64,000 nt of DNA from the NCBI GenBank assembly GCA_045661305.1, contig JAZRFJ010000028.1, positions 5,234 to 69,233 on the forward strand, given 5' to 3'. Position numbers and translations under genes: made by a program. Positions within the stretch are counted from its first letter, which is position 1. Every line of letters begins with the position of its first letter. Below are positions 34,148 through 44,115 of this stretch, piece by piece. Source of the DNA: Clostridia bacterium. Its GTDB lineage: Bacteria > Bacillota > Clostridia > UMGS1840. Under the pieces are notes generated by a model. That model did not search any database and was not told the DNA's origin. It was given only the letters and a program-made list of their open reading frames with translations.

Positions 34148-36541
34148 TTAAAGAATATTTTCATCAACCTTCTGGGCAAATCTTACTGCCTCCATAGCAT
34201 CTTTAGCATAAAAATCAGCATCTATTTTCATAGCATAGTCTTTGGTAAGCACAGCTCCTCCCACAACTATTTTACATAAAGGAGCATTTTTTCTTAAAAT
34301 TTTTATTGTCTCCTCCATTGATACAACAGTAGTCGTCATAAGTGCGCTAAGACCGACAACAGATGCTTTTCTCTCTATAACCGTTTCTACTATTTTTTCA
34401 GGCGGAACATCTTTTCCCAAGTCAATTACATCAAAGTTATAGTTTTCGAGTAATACTTTTACAATATTTTTTCCTATATCGTGAATATCACCTTTTACAG
34501 TCGCAATAACAAAAGTACATTTTTTTGTTTTTTCAGTATCCTGTGTTGTATCACAATTTTTCATATGTGCTTTTATTACATCAAAAGCTTCTTTTGCTGC
34601 CTCAGCACTCATAAGAAGCTGAGGTAAAAACACCTTGTTTTCTTCAAAGCCTTTTCCAACCTCATTAAGTGCAGGGATAATGTCGGAATCTATTATTTCA
34701 AGCGGTTTCTTTTCTTCCAAAAGCTCTTTTGAAATCTGTGATGCCTTATCACGAAGACCCTTTTTTATACTTTCAAAAAGGGTAAGTTTTTCTTCGGAAA
34801 CATTAGCTGTAACAGGCTTATTTTCCGAGAAATAGCTTATATAATTACTGCAATTTTCATCTAAATTATTAAGTGCACAAAAACTGTAATAAACCTTTAG
34901 CATATCCTCGGAATATGGATTCATTATAGCACAGGAAAGTCCATTTTGAAGTGCAAGAGCAAAAAATGTTGATGTAAGTGCCTCACGCGCGGGCATACCA
35001 AAAGAGATATTTGATACACCGAGGCTTGTTTTCATATCAAGTCTTTCTTTTATGAGCCTTATTGCATCTAAAGTAACTATTGCAGATGAGCTGTCAGCAC
35101 TAACTGCCATCGCAAGCGGATCAAAAATTATATCCTTTTTCTTTATTCCGTATTTAAGTGCAGTTTCATAGATATTTTTTGCAATTTCAAATCGTCCATC
35201 TGCGTTTTTTGGAATAGAATTTTCGCAAAGAGTAAGTGCAACCACTACCCCACCATATTTTTTCACAAGCGGAAAAATCTTCTCCATGCTTTCCTTTTTT
35301 CCGTTTACCGAGTTTACCATAGGCTTACCATTATAAGCTCTCATTGCTCTTTCCATAGCCTCGCAGTTTCCTGTATCAATCTGAATCGGAAGATTTATAA
35401 CTGCCTGAAGCTCTTTTACAGCATTCTCAAGCATATCCTTTTCATCAATTTCGGGAAGTCCGACATTGACATCTAAAATATCAACATTCTTTTCTTGTTG
35501 CTTTATTCCCTCCGACAAAATATAGTTCATGTCATTTGCAATCAAAGCTTCTTTAAACTTCTTCTTTCCTGTTGGGTTAATTCTTTCACCGATTAGAACA
35601 GGTTTTTTATCAAAAATAACTGCATGGGTATAGGAAGAAACCATTGTAAAGTCTTTTTCTTCGGGGATTTTTGGTATAACTTCAGAAACTTCCTTTTTCA
35701 TTTTTTCAATATGGAGAGGCGTAGTTCCGCAACAGCCTCCAAGTATTGTTGCACCCAATTTTGCAATTTCTTTCATTTCTTTTGCAAAATCTTCAACTGA
35801 AATATCAAAAACAGTTTTTCCGTCCTCAAGTCTTGGAAGTCCTGCATTAGGATTTACCATAACAGGAATTGATGAGTATTTCACAAGCTCTTTTACTGTG
35901 TTTTTCATCTTATCAGGTCCTAAGCTGCAGTTAAGACCGAGTGCCGAAACCCCAAGTCCTTCAAGAAGTGTAACCATTGCTACGGGATTTGCACCTGTCA
36001 TAAGCTTCATACTCTCATCATAAACATTCGTTACAAAAACAGGCAAATCGCAAGTTTCTTTCGCCGCTAAAACTGCAGCCTTCGTTTCATAGCTGTCATT
36101 CATCGTTTCAATAAGAATTAAATCGACACCGCACTCACACGCAAAAGAGATGCTTTTTTTAAATACATCTATTGCGTCTTCAAATTCAAAATCACCGTAC
36201 GGCTTTAGCAGTTTTCCTGTCGGGCCTACATCAAAAGCAATATGGATTTCACGGTCACAAAATTCCGAAACGGCTGTTTTGGCGTTATTTATTGCCTCTT
36301 TTATAACAGCTTTTAAAACACTTTCCTCCATTTTAAGAACATTTGCTCCGAAAGTGTTTGTTGTTATAACATCTGCACCGCTTTTTATATATTCTTTATG
36401 TATATCTATAATAATTTCTTTGTGAGTTATATTCCACATTTCAGGAAGCTCTTCACTTGTAAGTCCGTGTGATTGCAGAATTGTGCCCATTCCGCCGTCA
36501 AAAAACACAAAACCTTTTTTAATTTTATCCGTTATTTTCAT
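34148..36541 (-). CDS. metH: cobalamin-dependent methionine synthase core (Hcy-, pterin- and B12-binding modules; no activation module)
   Basis: 797 aa. N-terminal homocysteine S-methyltransferase (GGCCGTTP), pterin-binding region, B12 cap and the DxHxxG motif (GDIHDIGKN). Confidence 0.9.
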   Translation of the reverse strand: MKITDKIKKGFVFFDGGMGTILQSHGLTSEELPEMWNITHKEIIIDIHKEYIKSGADVITTNTFGANVLKMEESVLKAVIKEAINNAKTAVSEFCDREIHIAFDVGPTGKLLKPYGDFEFEDAIDVFKKSISFACECGVDLILIETMNDSYETKAAVLAAKETCDLPVFVTNVYDESMKLMTGANPVAMVTLLEGLGVSALGLNCSLGPDKMKNTVKELVKYSSIPVMVNPNAGLPRLEDGKTVFDISVEDFAKEMKEIAKLGATILGGCCGTTPLHIEKMKKEVSEVIPKIPEEKDFTMVSSYTHAVIFDKKPVLIGERINPTGKKKFKEALIANDMNYILSEGIKQQEKNVDILDVNVGLPEIDEKDMLENAVKELQAVINLPIQIDTGNCEAMERAMRAYNGKPMVNSVNGKKESMEKIFPLVKKYGGVVVALTLCENSIPKNADGRFEIAKNIYETALKYGIKKKDIIFDPLAMAVSADSSSAIVTLDAIRLIKERLDMKTSLGVSNISFGMPAREALTSTFFALALQNGLSCAIMNPYSEDMLKVYYSFCALNNLDENCSNYISYFSENKPVTANVSEEKLTLFESIKKGLRDKASQISKELLEEKKPLEIIDSDIIPALNEVGKGFEENKVFLPQLLMSAEAAKEAFDVIKAHMKNCDTTQDTEKTKKCTFVIATVKGDIHDIGKNIVKVLLENYNFDVIDLGKDVPPEKIVETVIERKASVVGLSALMTTTVVSMEETIKILRKNAPLCKIVVGGAVLTKDYAMKIDADFYAKDAMEAVRFAQKVDENIL

Positions 36542-37232
36542 TTTCTTTTATTCCTTTCCTGAAATTACAGCTGTAGTTTTTGCAAGACAAACATTTATTA
36601 TTACACTTTTCTTGTTTACTTTGGGGATTTTTGCTTAATCCGATGATTGCACAAACAGATTTTGAAGGCATCATCATAAAGCTTTCGTTAAGATATACTC
36701 CTGTATTTTTAGGAGCATCAAGATATGAAAAAATTTCTTTCTGGCATTTTAAATCGAGGTCTTCATACCCAGGGCTAAAGCGGGAAGTCAAAAAATAGTC
36801 TTTTGCCTGCTCCCCTATTATATCACACAAATAGTCGCAATAGCTTTCTATATATGACGCACCTGCAGAATTTACACCTAAAGCATAGGACATTGAGGAA
36901 ACGCTGTGTTTTTTTACTAGCATATCAATTCCGTTTCCGATTGTAGCAACCATAAAAACAACATAACTTGAGTTTTTCAAATGCTTAGCCAAAGCTTTTG
37001 AAGAAAATGTAAAAAAACCAAAATCAACCGTGTTCTCTGTTATATTTTCAATTTTTACATACCGCCACACAGCCGAGTTTTTCAAAACAGTTTTAACTTC
37101 GTTTTTCGCATTTTCGGCAAGCTTTATCATTGAATTATCATTACTGTCTTTACACCCCATATATCGTAATATTTCACTTAGTTGAGTATCAATATTATTA
37201 TCTGAATTTTTAAAAATGTTTTTTAAATCCAA
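36525..37232 (-). CDS. stand-alone methionine synthase reactivation (AdoMet-binding) domain protein
   Basis: The track ORF runs to 37280. I prefer the TTG at 37232, which is preceded by AAGAGGTG, leaving room for TTGATA-N17-TAAAGT. RFSPGYEDL is typical of the Met_synt_B12 domain. Overlaps the metH start by 17 nt. Cys-rich C-terminal tail. Confidence 0.75.
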   Translation of the reverse strand: MDLKNIFKNSDNNIDTQLSEILRYMGCKDSNDNSMIKLAENAKNEVKTVLKNSAVWRYVKIENITENTVDFGFFTFSSKALAKHLKNSSYVVFMVATIGNGIDMLVKKHSVSSMSYALGVNSAGASYIESYCDYLCDIIGEQAKDYFLTSRFSPGYEDLDLKCQKEIFSYLDAPKNTGVYLNESFMMMPSKSVCAIIGLSKNPQSKQEKCNNKCLSCKNYSCNFRKGIKENENNG

Positions 37233-37284
37233 GAAAATGCACCTCTTTACTACTTTAGCACAATATAACCAAAATATCAAGTGT

Positions 37285-37322
37285 TTTTTAACAAAAAAGG
37301 ATTGCGAAAACTCGCAATCCTT
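37285..37322 (-). terminator. rho-independent terminator of the zinc-ribbon gene
   Basis: AAGGATTGCGA / TCGCAATCCTT stem followed on the minus strand by TTTTTTGTT. Confidence 0.75.
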
Positions 37323-37341
37323 CGGCTTTTTTAAATTAAGA

Positions 37342-37611
37342 TTAACCTTCGTTGTTCATTTTTTCAAAGCATGCACTGCAATAAACAGGTTTGTCATCTC
37401 TTGGAATAAATGGAACCTTAGCTTCTCCGCCACAGCTAGCACATACAGCTGTATGAAGTTCTCTTTTTGCATTTTTTCTTGCAGTTCTGCAATCTTTACA
37501 TCTCTGTGGCTCGTTTTCAAAGCCTTTCTCAGCGTAAAATTCCTGTTCTCCTGCTGTGAATACAAATTCGTTTCCGCATTCTTTACATGTTAATGTTTTG
37601 TCCTGATACAT
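37342..37611 (-). CDS. zinc-ribbon protein of the CxxC-FxFTxxEQxFYxxKGFxNxPxRCxxC type
   Basis: 89 aa. CKECGNEFVFTAGEQEFYAEKGFENEPQRCKDCR plus a second CxxC...CxxC. Confidence 0.75.
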   Translation of the reverse strand: MYQDKTLTCKECGNEFVFTAGEQEFYAEKGFENEPQRCKDCRTARKNAKRELHTAVCASCGGEAKVPFIPRDDKPVYCSACFEKMNNEG

Positions 37612-37642
37612 TTTTTTGTCTCCTTAGGTTTTTAAAAATTAT

Positions 37643-38203
37643 TTATAGCATTTTTTTAATTTTTGCCTTTATCCTCTGAATAGCATTATCAACAGCTTTT
37701 GGTTCTTTTTCCATAGCTGAAGCTATTTCCTTATAGGTCATTCCGGAATTAATTAGACACAAAACACTATATTCAAAGGAACTAAGCTCATTTTTCAGAT
37801 TAAGTAAAAAATTTTCAAAGTTTTCATTATCAATATACTGTTCTTCAGGACCAAAACACAAAATAGGAATTACATTCCCGTTTTCGTCTTCAATCGGCTG
37901 ATACTCATTAAGCGGAATGTGCTTTTTCCGCAATGAATTTTTGATGGCTGTTTTAATTCTTAAAACTATGCAGTTTTTTGAAAAAATGATAAAATCAGTT
38001 CCACGCGAAATGTCGTAACTTTCTATCGCATGAAAAAGTCCTATCATTCCCTCTTGAATGATATCTTCTCTATCAGAGCCGGCAAGAAAATATTTAAGTG
38101 CAAGCGAACGGATAAACGGTTTAAATTCATCATAGATGATTTTCAGGGCATCTTCATCAAATGCCTTTGCTTTTAAAATAATTTCTCCGTCGATACTTTC
38201 CAC
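37643..38203 (-). CDS. sigma-70 family sigma factor, SigH-like
   Basis: 186 aa with GTG start. IIQEGMIGLFHAIESYD and RKKHIPLNEY closely resemble the region 2 and linker signatures of B. subtilis SigH (QEGMIGLYKAI, RQKHIPLNSY). Confidence 0.8.
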   Translation of the reverse strand: MESIDGEIILKAKAFDEDALKIIYDEFKPFIRSLALKYFLAGSDREDIIQEGMIGLFHAIESYDISRGTDFIIFSKNCIVLRIKTAIKNSLRKKHIPLNEYQPIEDENGNVIPILCFGPEEQYIDNENFENFLLNLKNELSSFEYSVLCLINSGMTYKEIASAMEKEPKAVDNAIQRIKAKIKKML

Positions 38204-38234
38204 CAGATATTTCCTCCCGAAATGCTATAAGACT

Positions 38235-38262
38235 ATTATACAACTTTTTTTTGATTTGTCAA
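38235..38262 (-). promoter_or_regulatory. sigma-A type promoter of the SigH-like gene
   Basis: Minus strand TTGACA, 16 nt, TATAAT. Confidence 0.55.
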
Positions 38263-38376
38263 CACTTTTTCGTTAATTACTATTATTTTTTCAGCGACAC
38301 AACTCGACAATATGTCTGTTTTGCACAAAAAGAAATATGTTTTTTCAGCAAATAAAATAGCACTTCAAATTTTTCC

Positions 38377-38405
38377 TTGCAAAATAATTTTTTTTGTGTT
38401 ATAAT
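38377..38405 (+). promoter_or_regulatory. sigma-A type promoter of the topoisomerase operon
   Basis: TTGCAA, 17 nt, TATAAT, with a TGt extended -10. Confidence 0.6.
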
Positions 38406-38447
38406 ATAATAGTATGTTTATATAAACTTTTACAAGAGGTGAGATTT

Positions 38448-40430
38448 TTGGAAAATAAAGAAGCTTATGGACAAGATAGTATTTCAAAATTAAAGGATGA
38501 AGAGCGAGTTAGACTAAGACCCGCAGTTATTTTCGGCTCAGACGGTCTTGAGGGATGTCAGCACGCTGTTTTTGAAATACTTTCAAACTCAATAGACGAA
38601 GCTAGAGAGGGTTACGGAAAGAAAATTGAAGTAACAAGATACAGTGACCTCTCTGTTGAGGTTGTCGACCATGGACGCGGTATACCTCTTGATTATAATA
38701 CAAAAGAAGATACTTATAACTGGATGCTTGTTTTCTGCGAGCTTTATGCAGGCGGAAAATATAACAACCAGGATGGAGAAAACTATGAGTACAGCTTGGG
38801 ACTTAACGGTCTTGGTGCATGTGCAACACAGTATGCGAGTGAATATATGGATGTTGAGGTTGTAAGAGACGGATATCTCTACAAGCTCCATTTTGAAAAG
38901 GGAAAAAATATCGGCGGTCTTTCAAAAGAGCCTACCTTAGAGAAGAAAACAGGCACAAAAATAAGATGGAGACCTGACCTTGATGTTTTTACAGAAATCG
39001 AAATCCCTGCGGAATATTATATAAATACACTTAAAAAGCAAGCGGTTGTAAACGAGGGAATTACATTTATTTTTAAAGACCAGAAGGATGACGGAAAATT
39101 CCAGGAATACAGCTTTGTATATAAAAACGGTATCACTGACTATGTAAATGAGTTGAAAGGCGAAAAAGCATTTACAGATGTTCATACAATAAGTGCTGAA
39201 AGAGTAGGCCGTGACAGAAGTGATAAGCCTGAATACAAAGTGAAAATGAATTTTGCTTTTTGTTTTTCAAATGAAGTAAATGTTTTGGAATACTACCATA
39301 ACTCAAGCTTTTTGGAGCATGGCGGTTCACCTGATAAGGCTGTAAAAAATGCCTTTGTTTACGCAATTGACAGCTATATAAAACAACTTAACAAATATAA
39401 TAAAAACGAGAATAAAATCACCTATAACGATGTTTTTGACAGCTTAATTCTCGTTTCTAATTCATTTTCAACTATAACCTCCTACGAAAACCAGACTAAA
39501 AAGGCTATAACAAACAAATTCATTCAGGAGGCAATGACAGACTTCTTAAAACAGAAGCTTGAGACCTATTTTATTGAAAACAAGGCTGAGGCGGACAAGA
39601 TTGCAGAACAGATACTTGTAAACAAAAGAAGTCGTGAGCAAGCCGAAAAAGCGAAAGTAAACATCAAGAAAAAGCTTTCGGGAAATATTGATATCACAAA
39701 CAGAGTACAAAAATTTGTTGACTGCCGTACAAAAGACATAAAAAGACGCGAACTGTACATTGTTGAGGGTGATTCTGCTCTTGGCTCATGTAAACAGGGG
39801 CGTGATGCAGAATTTCAGGCAATCATGCCAATACGAGGAAAAATTCTAAACTGCTTAAAAGCAGGCTATGACAAAATTTTTAATTCCGAGATTATAACTG
39901 ACCTTATCCGTGTGCTTGGATGCGGAGTTGAACTGAAGCTGAAAAACCAAAAGGATATGACAGCCTTTGACCTTGCAAAATTAAAATGGGACAAGGTTAT
40001 AATATGTACCGATGCCGATGTCGACGGCTTTCAGATAAGAACACTTGTTCTTACAATGCTTTATATACTTACTCCTACACTTATCGACATAGGAAAAATA
40101 TATATTGCAGAATCACCGCTTTTTGAGATCAATACAAAAAACGAAACCTTTTTTGCTTATGACGAAAGAGAAAAGGTTGAAATTATTTCAAAGCTCGGAA
40201 ACGAAAAATATACCATTCAGCGTTCAAAAGGTCTTGGTGAAAACCAGCCTGACATGATGTGGCAGACAACTATGAACCCCGAAACAAGACGGCTTATAAA
40301 GGTTATGCCTGAGGACGCAATTAAAACAAAAGATATTTTCGACCTTCTTTTAGGAGATAACCTGCAAGGAAGAAAAGACTATATACAGACAAACGGAAAA
40401 ATGTACTACGAATTTCTTGATTTGAGCTGA
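38448..40430 (+). CDS. type IIA DNA topoisomerase subunit B (divergent GyrB/ParE family)
   Basis: TTG start at 38448 with RBS GAGGTGA. GHKL ATPase (EILSNSIDEA, GLNGLGA), Toprim (EGDSA, DADVDG). The N-terminal block differs from canonical GyrB (RPAVIFGS instead of RPGMYIGS). Confidence 0.88.
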   Translation: MENKEAYGQDSISKLKDEERVRLRPAVIFGSDGLEGCQHAVFEILSNSIDEAREGYGKKIEVTRYSDLSVEVVDHGRGIPLDYNTKEDTYNWMLVFCELYAGGKYNNQDGENYEYSLGLNGLGACATQYASEYMDVEVVRDGYLYKLHFEKGKNIGGLSKEPTLEKKTGTKIRWRPDLDVFTEIEIPAEYYINTLKKQAVVNEGITFIFKDQKDDGKFQEYSFVYKNGITDYVNELKGEKAFTDVHTISAERVGRDRSDKPEYKVKMNFAFCFSNEVNVLEYYHNSSFLEHGGSPDKAVKNAFVYAIDSYIKQLNKYNKNENKITYNDVFDSLILVSNSFSTITSYENQTKKAITNKFIQEAMTDFLKQKLETYFIENKAEADKIAEQILVNKRSREQAEKAKVNIKKKLSGNIDITNRVQKFVDCRTKDIKRRELYIVEGDSALGSCKQGRDAEFQAIMPIRGKILNCLKAGYDKIFNSEIITDLIRVLGCGVELKLKNQKDMTAFDLAKLKWDKVIICTDADVDGFQIRTLVLTMLYILTPTLIDIGKIYIAESPLFEINTKNETFFAYDEREKVEIISKLGNEKYTIQRSKGLGENQPDMMWQTTMNPETRRLIKVMPEDAIKTKDIFDLLLGDNLQGRKDYIQTNGKMYYEFLDLS

Positions 40431-40471
40431 TGCCCCCAAAATTTTAAATTAACAAGAAAGGTATATTATAT

Positions 40472-42640
40472 ATGAATTTTACACAGCAACATATAACTGA
40501 CACTCTTATGACAAACTATATGCCATATGCAATGAGTGTTATTATTTCAAGAGCAATTCCTGAAATTGACGGTCTTAAGCCATCCCACCGAAAGCTTCTT
40601 TATACTATGTATAAAATGGGGCTTTTAAATTCAGCTAAAACAAAGTCTGCAAATGTTGTCGGACAGACAATGAAATTAAATCCGCACGGTGACCAGGCAA
40701 TATACGAAACACTTGTGCGTCTTACTACGGGAAACGAGTCACTTCTTCACCCGTATATCGACTCAAAAGGAAATTTCGGTAAGGTTTATTCAAGAGATAT
40801 GGCATATGCCGCATCCCGTTACACAGAAGTAAAGCTTGAGGGTATTGCAAACGAATTATTCCGTGACATTGGAAGTGACACAGTTGACTTTATTGATAAC
40901 TACGACGGCACAATGAAAGAGCCTGCACTCTTTCCTGTTACATTTCCTACTATCTTAACAGGCTCAAATCAGGGTATTGCTGTTGGTATGGCATCAAATA
41001 TCTGCTCCTTTAATTTAAGGGAGGTTTGTGATGCTACAATTGCCTACTTAAAAGACGAGGACTGCGATATTTTTGAACATATAATCGCACCTGATTTTCC
41101 AACGGGCGGTATTGTAATTGCTAACAAAGAGGAATTAAAAGAAATCCTTGCAACAGGAAGAGGAAGCTTTAAAATCAGGTCAAAATATAAATATGACAAA
41201 AAAGAAAATCTTATTGAAGTATATGAAATTCCTTATTCGACAACAACAGAAGCAATAATGGACAAGATTATTGAGCTTGTAAAAGCGGGAAAATTAAAGG
41301 AAATTTCCGATGTAAGAGACGAAACTGACAGAAACGGACTAAAACTCACAATCGACCTGAAAAAAGGTACTGACCCTGATAATCTTATGCTTAAATTATT
41401 TAAGCTTACACCTCTTCAGGACAGCTTTGGCTGTAACTTCAATATTATTATTGATAAAGAGCCTGATGTTTACGGAGTTGGCGGAATAATTGCACAGTGG
41501 AGCAAATTCCGTATTAACTGTGTAAAAAGAAGACTTACCTATCAGATAAACAAGAAAAAAGACAGACTTCATCTTCTTGAAGGTCTTAAAAAAATACTTC
41601 TTGATATAGATAAAGCTATTTCAATAATCCGTGAAACAGAGGACGACGCGTTTGTTGTTCCAAACCTCATGAAAGGATTTTCAATTGACGAAATTCAGGC
41701 AGAATTTATTGCAGAAATAAAATTGCGTAATCTTAATAAGAAATATATTCTTGATAAAATCGCAGATGTTGACAAATTAAAAAGCGAAATTTCGGAAATG
41801 GAAGCTTGTCTTAAAAGCGAAAAAGGTGTTAAAAACATAATCATTGAAGAGCTTGAAAATGTTAAAGAAAAATACGGCAAGGACAGAAAAACAGATTATA
41901 TTGACGAGGCTGACGCCGAGCATTTTGACGATAATTTAAAAATCGAAGACTATAACCTCAAGCTTTTTATAACAAAACAGCACTATATCAAAAAAATCCC
42001 ACTTGTTTCGCTTCGTGCAGGCGGTGAGCATAAGCTTAAAGAGGACGATAAGGTTTCCTATGAAATAGACGAAACAAACTTAGGCGAAATCCTTGTATTT
42101 ACAAATCAGTTTAACGCATATAAGCAAAAGCTTCACTTAATTCCTGACGCAAAGCTTTCAACCTACGGTGAATATCTGCCGTCACTTTTGGAAATGGAAA
42201 AGGACGAAAAGCCTGTTAATGTATTTACAACAAAGGATTATAAGGCATTTTTCCTGTTTGTATTTGAAAATGGTAAAGTAGCAAAAGTACCTTTAAGCTC
42301 ATATCAGACAAAAACTAACAGAAAGCGTCTTATAAAAGCATATTCAAACGCATCTCCTGTTGTAAGAATATTCAAGCTTGAAGAAGACTGTGACATTGCA
42401 CTCTTCTCAGATAAAGAAAAGGTACTGATATTTAACACCTCTCTTGTAAGCTTAAAAACAACAAAAGATACCATAGGAGTTCAGGCTATGAGGCTTACAA
42501 GGGCAAAAATAAAGCGTGCGGCACTTCTTAATGAAACAAAAATCAAAGAGCCTGAATTTTATTATGCAAAATCAATTCCACTTAGCGGTTGCACACTTCG
42601 TCCTGAAGAAAAAGGCTTCAGACAGCTTAAGCTATACTAA
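40472..42640 (+). CDS. type IIA DNA topoisomerase subunit A (divergent GyrA/ParC family)
   Basis: 722 aa. YAMSVIISRAIPEIDGLKPSHRKLLY, HPHGD, and the active-site Tyr context AASRYTE. Confidence 0.88.
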   Translation: MNFTQQHITDTLMTNYMPYAMSVIISRAIPEIDGLKPSHRKLLYTMYKMGLLNSAKTKSANVVGQTMKLNPHGDQAIYETLVRLTTGNESLLHPYIDSKGNFGKVYSRDMAYAASRYTEVKLEGIANELFRDIGSDTVDFIDNYDGTMKEPALFPVTFPTILTGSNQGIAVGMASNICSFNLREVCDATIAYLKDEDCDIFEHIIAPDFPTGGIVIANKEELKEILATGRGSFKIRSKYKYDKKENLIEVYEIPYSTTTEAIMDKIIELVKAGKLKEISDVRDETDRNGLKLTIDLKKGTDPDNLMLKLFKLTPLQDSFGCNFNIIIDKEPDVYGVGGIIAQWSKFRINCVKRRLTYQINKKKDRLHLLEGLKKILLDIDKAISIIRETEDDAFVVPNLMKGFSIDEIQAEFIAEIKLRNLNKKYILDKIADVDKLKSEISEMEACLKSEKGVKNIIIEELENVKEKYGKDRKTDYIDEADAEHFDDNLKIEDYNLKLFITKQHYIKKIPLVSLRAGGEHKLKEDDKVSYEIDETNLGEILVFTNQFNAYKQKLHLIPDAKLSTYGEYLPSLLEMEKDEKPVNVFTTKDYKAFFLFVFENGKVAKVPLSSYQTKTNRKRLIKAYSNASPVVRIFKLEEDCDIALFSDKEKVLIFNTSLVSLKTTKDTIGVQAMRLTRAKIKRAALLNETKIKEPEFYYAKSIPLSGCTLRPEEKGFRQLKLY

Positions 42641-42655
42641 AAACAGGAGGCTTTT

Positions 42656-44053
42656 ATGAAAAAATTCATCGGTTCATGGAGTTTTTATAAAAAAACTCTT
42701 ATAATAGCAATTCCGATTATGATTCAAAATCTTATCACAAATTTCGTTGCACTTATTGACAACATAATGGTTGGGAAAATAGGAACCGAACAAATGTCAG
42801 GCGTTGCAATTTCAAATCAGCTTTTTTTCGTTTTTAATTTAGCTGTTTTCGGTTCAATTTCAGGTGCAGGAATATTTTGTGCACAGTTTTTCGGAAAAAA
42901 GGACTACAAAGGTGTCCAAAGCACCTTCCGTTTTAAATTTTTAACTGCAGGTGTTATTACACTTTTAGGATGTATTATCTTTCTTATTTTTGGTGGAAAT
43001 CTCATATCCCTTTATTTACATGATGCACAAAAAGGGATTGACCTTAATAAGACATTTTTCTTTGCAAAGGAATATATGGCAGTAATGCTTATAGGGCTTA
43101 TCCCGTTTTCATTTGAACAGGTATATTCAAGCACACTAAGAGAGGGCGGAATTTCAACACCTCCGATGATAGCGGGAATTGTTGCTGTTATTACAAATAT
43201 TATTCTTAACTATTTACTTATTTTTGGTATAGGATTCTTCCCCGAGTTAGGTGTTATAGGTGCTGCAGTTGCGACAGTAATTTCAAGGTTTGTTCAGCTT
43301 TTTATTGTTATTTTATGGACTCATTCACATAAAAATGAGCTTCCTTATATTAAAAATATTTATAAAACATTTAAAATTCCTGCAAATCTTGCAAAAAGAA
43401 TTTTTATCAAGGGTTGTCTTCCGCTTACAACAAACGAATGTCTTTGGGGAGCAAGCGTTGCCGCACTTGCACAATGCTACTCTGTAAGAGGAATTGATGT
43501 TGTTGCAGGACAAAATATTGCAAACACGGCAATAAACCTTTTTAATGTGCTTTTTATTGCATTTGGCTCGGGTGTTTCTGTTGTTTCGGGACAACTTCTC
43601 GGCGCTGATGACATTGAAGGCGCTAAAGATGCCGCACCAAAACTGATATTTTTCTCAGGTGCAATGTGCGTTGTTGTAGGGTTTGTAATGGCACTGGTTT
43701 CAAAAGTGTTCCCCGAAGTTTATAACACAACCCAAAATGTAAAATCCCTTGCAACTTCTTTTATTTTAATAAGTGCAATATTTATGCCTGTTCATTCAGT
43801 TGTACATTCAACATATTTTATTCTCCGTTCAGGAGGAAAAACTCTTATTACATTTCTTTTTGACAGTGTTTTTGCATGGGGAATAAGTGTTCCGTCAGCT
43901 TTTTTGCTTGCGCACTACACTAATCTCAACATAGTAGCAATATATATTTCAACACAGCTTATAGAAAGTATAAAGTGCGTTATAGGGCTTGTTCTTATAA
44001 AAAAAGGTGTTTGGATTTCAAATATTATAAATGAAAAAAAGTTCAACTCGTAA
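42656..44053 (+). CDS. MATE family efflux transporter
   Basis: 465 aa with 12 TM helices and the typical N-terminal IPIMIQNLITNFVALIDNIMVGKIG. Confidence 0.9.
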   Translation: MKKFIGSWSFYKKTLIIAIPIMIQNLITNFVALIDNIMVGKIGTEQMSGVAISNQLFFVFNLAVFGSISGAGIFCAQFFGKKDYKGVQSTFRFKFLTAGVITLLGCIIFLIFGGNLISLYLHDAQKGIDLNKTFFFAKEYMAVMLIGLIPFSFEQVYSSTLREGGISTPPMIAGIVAVITNIILNYLLIFGIGFFPELGVIGAAVATVISRFVQLFIVILWTHSHKNELPYIKNIYKTFKIPANLAKRIFIKGCLPLTTNECLWGASVAALAQCYSVRGIDVVAGQNIANTAINLFNVLFIAFGSGVSVVSGQLLGADDIEGAKDAAPKLIFFSGAMCVVVGFVMALVSKVFPEVYNTTQNVKSLATSFILISAIFMPVHSVVHSTYFILRSGGKTLITFLFDSVFAWGISVPSAFLLAHYTNLNIVAIYISTQLIESIKCVIGLVLIKKGVWISNIINEKKFNS

Positions 44054-44115
44054 CACACAATGTTGTCAACTCATTAAAATCATTTGCTGATTTTAAAAAA
44101 TAGGAGTGAAAAACT

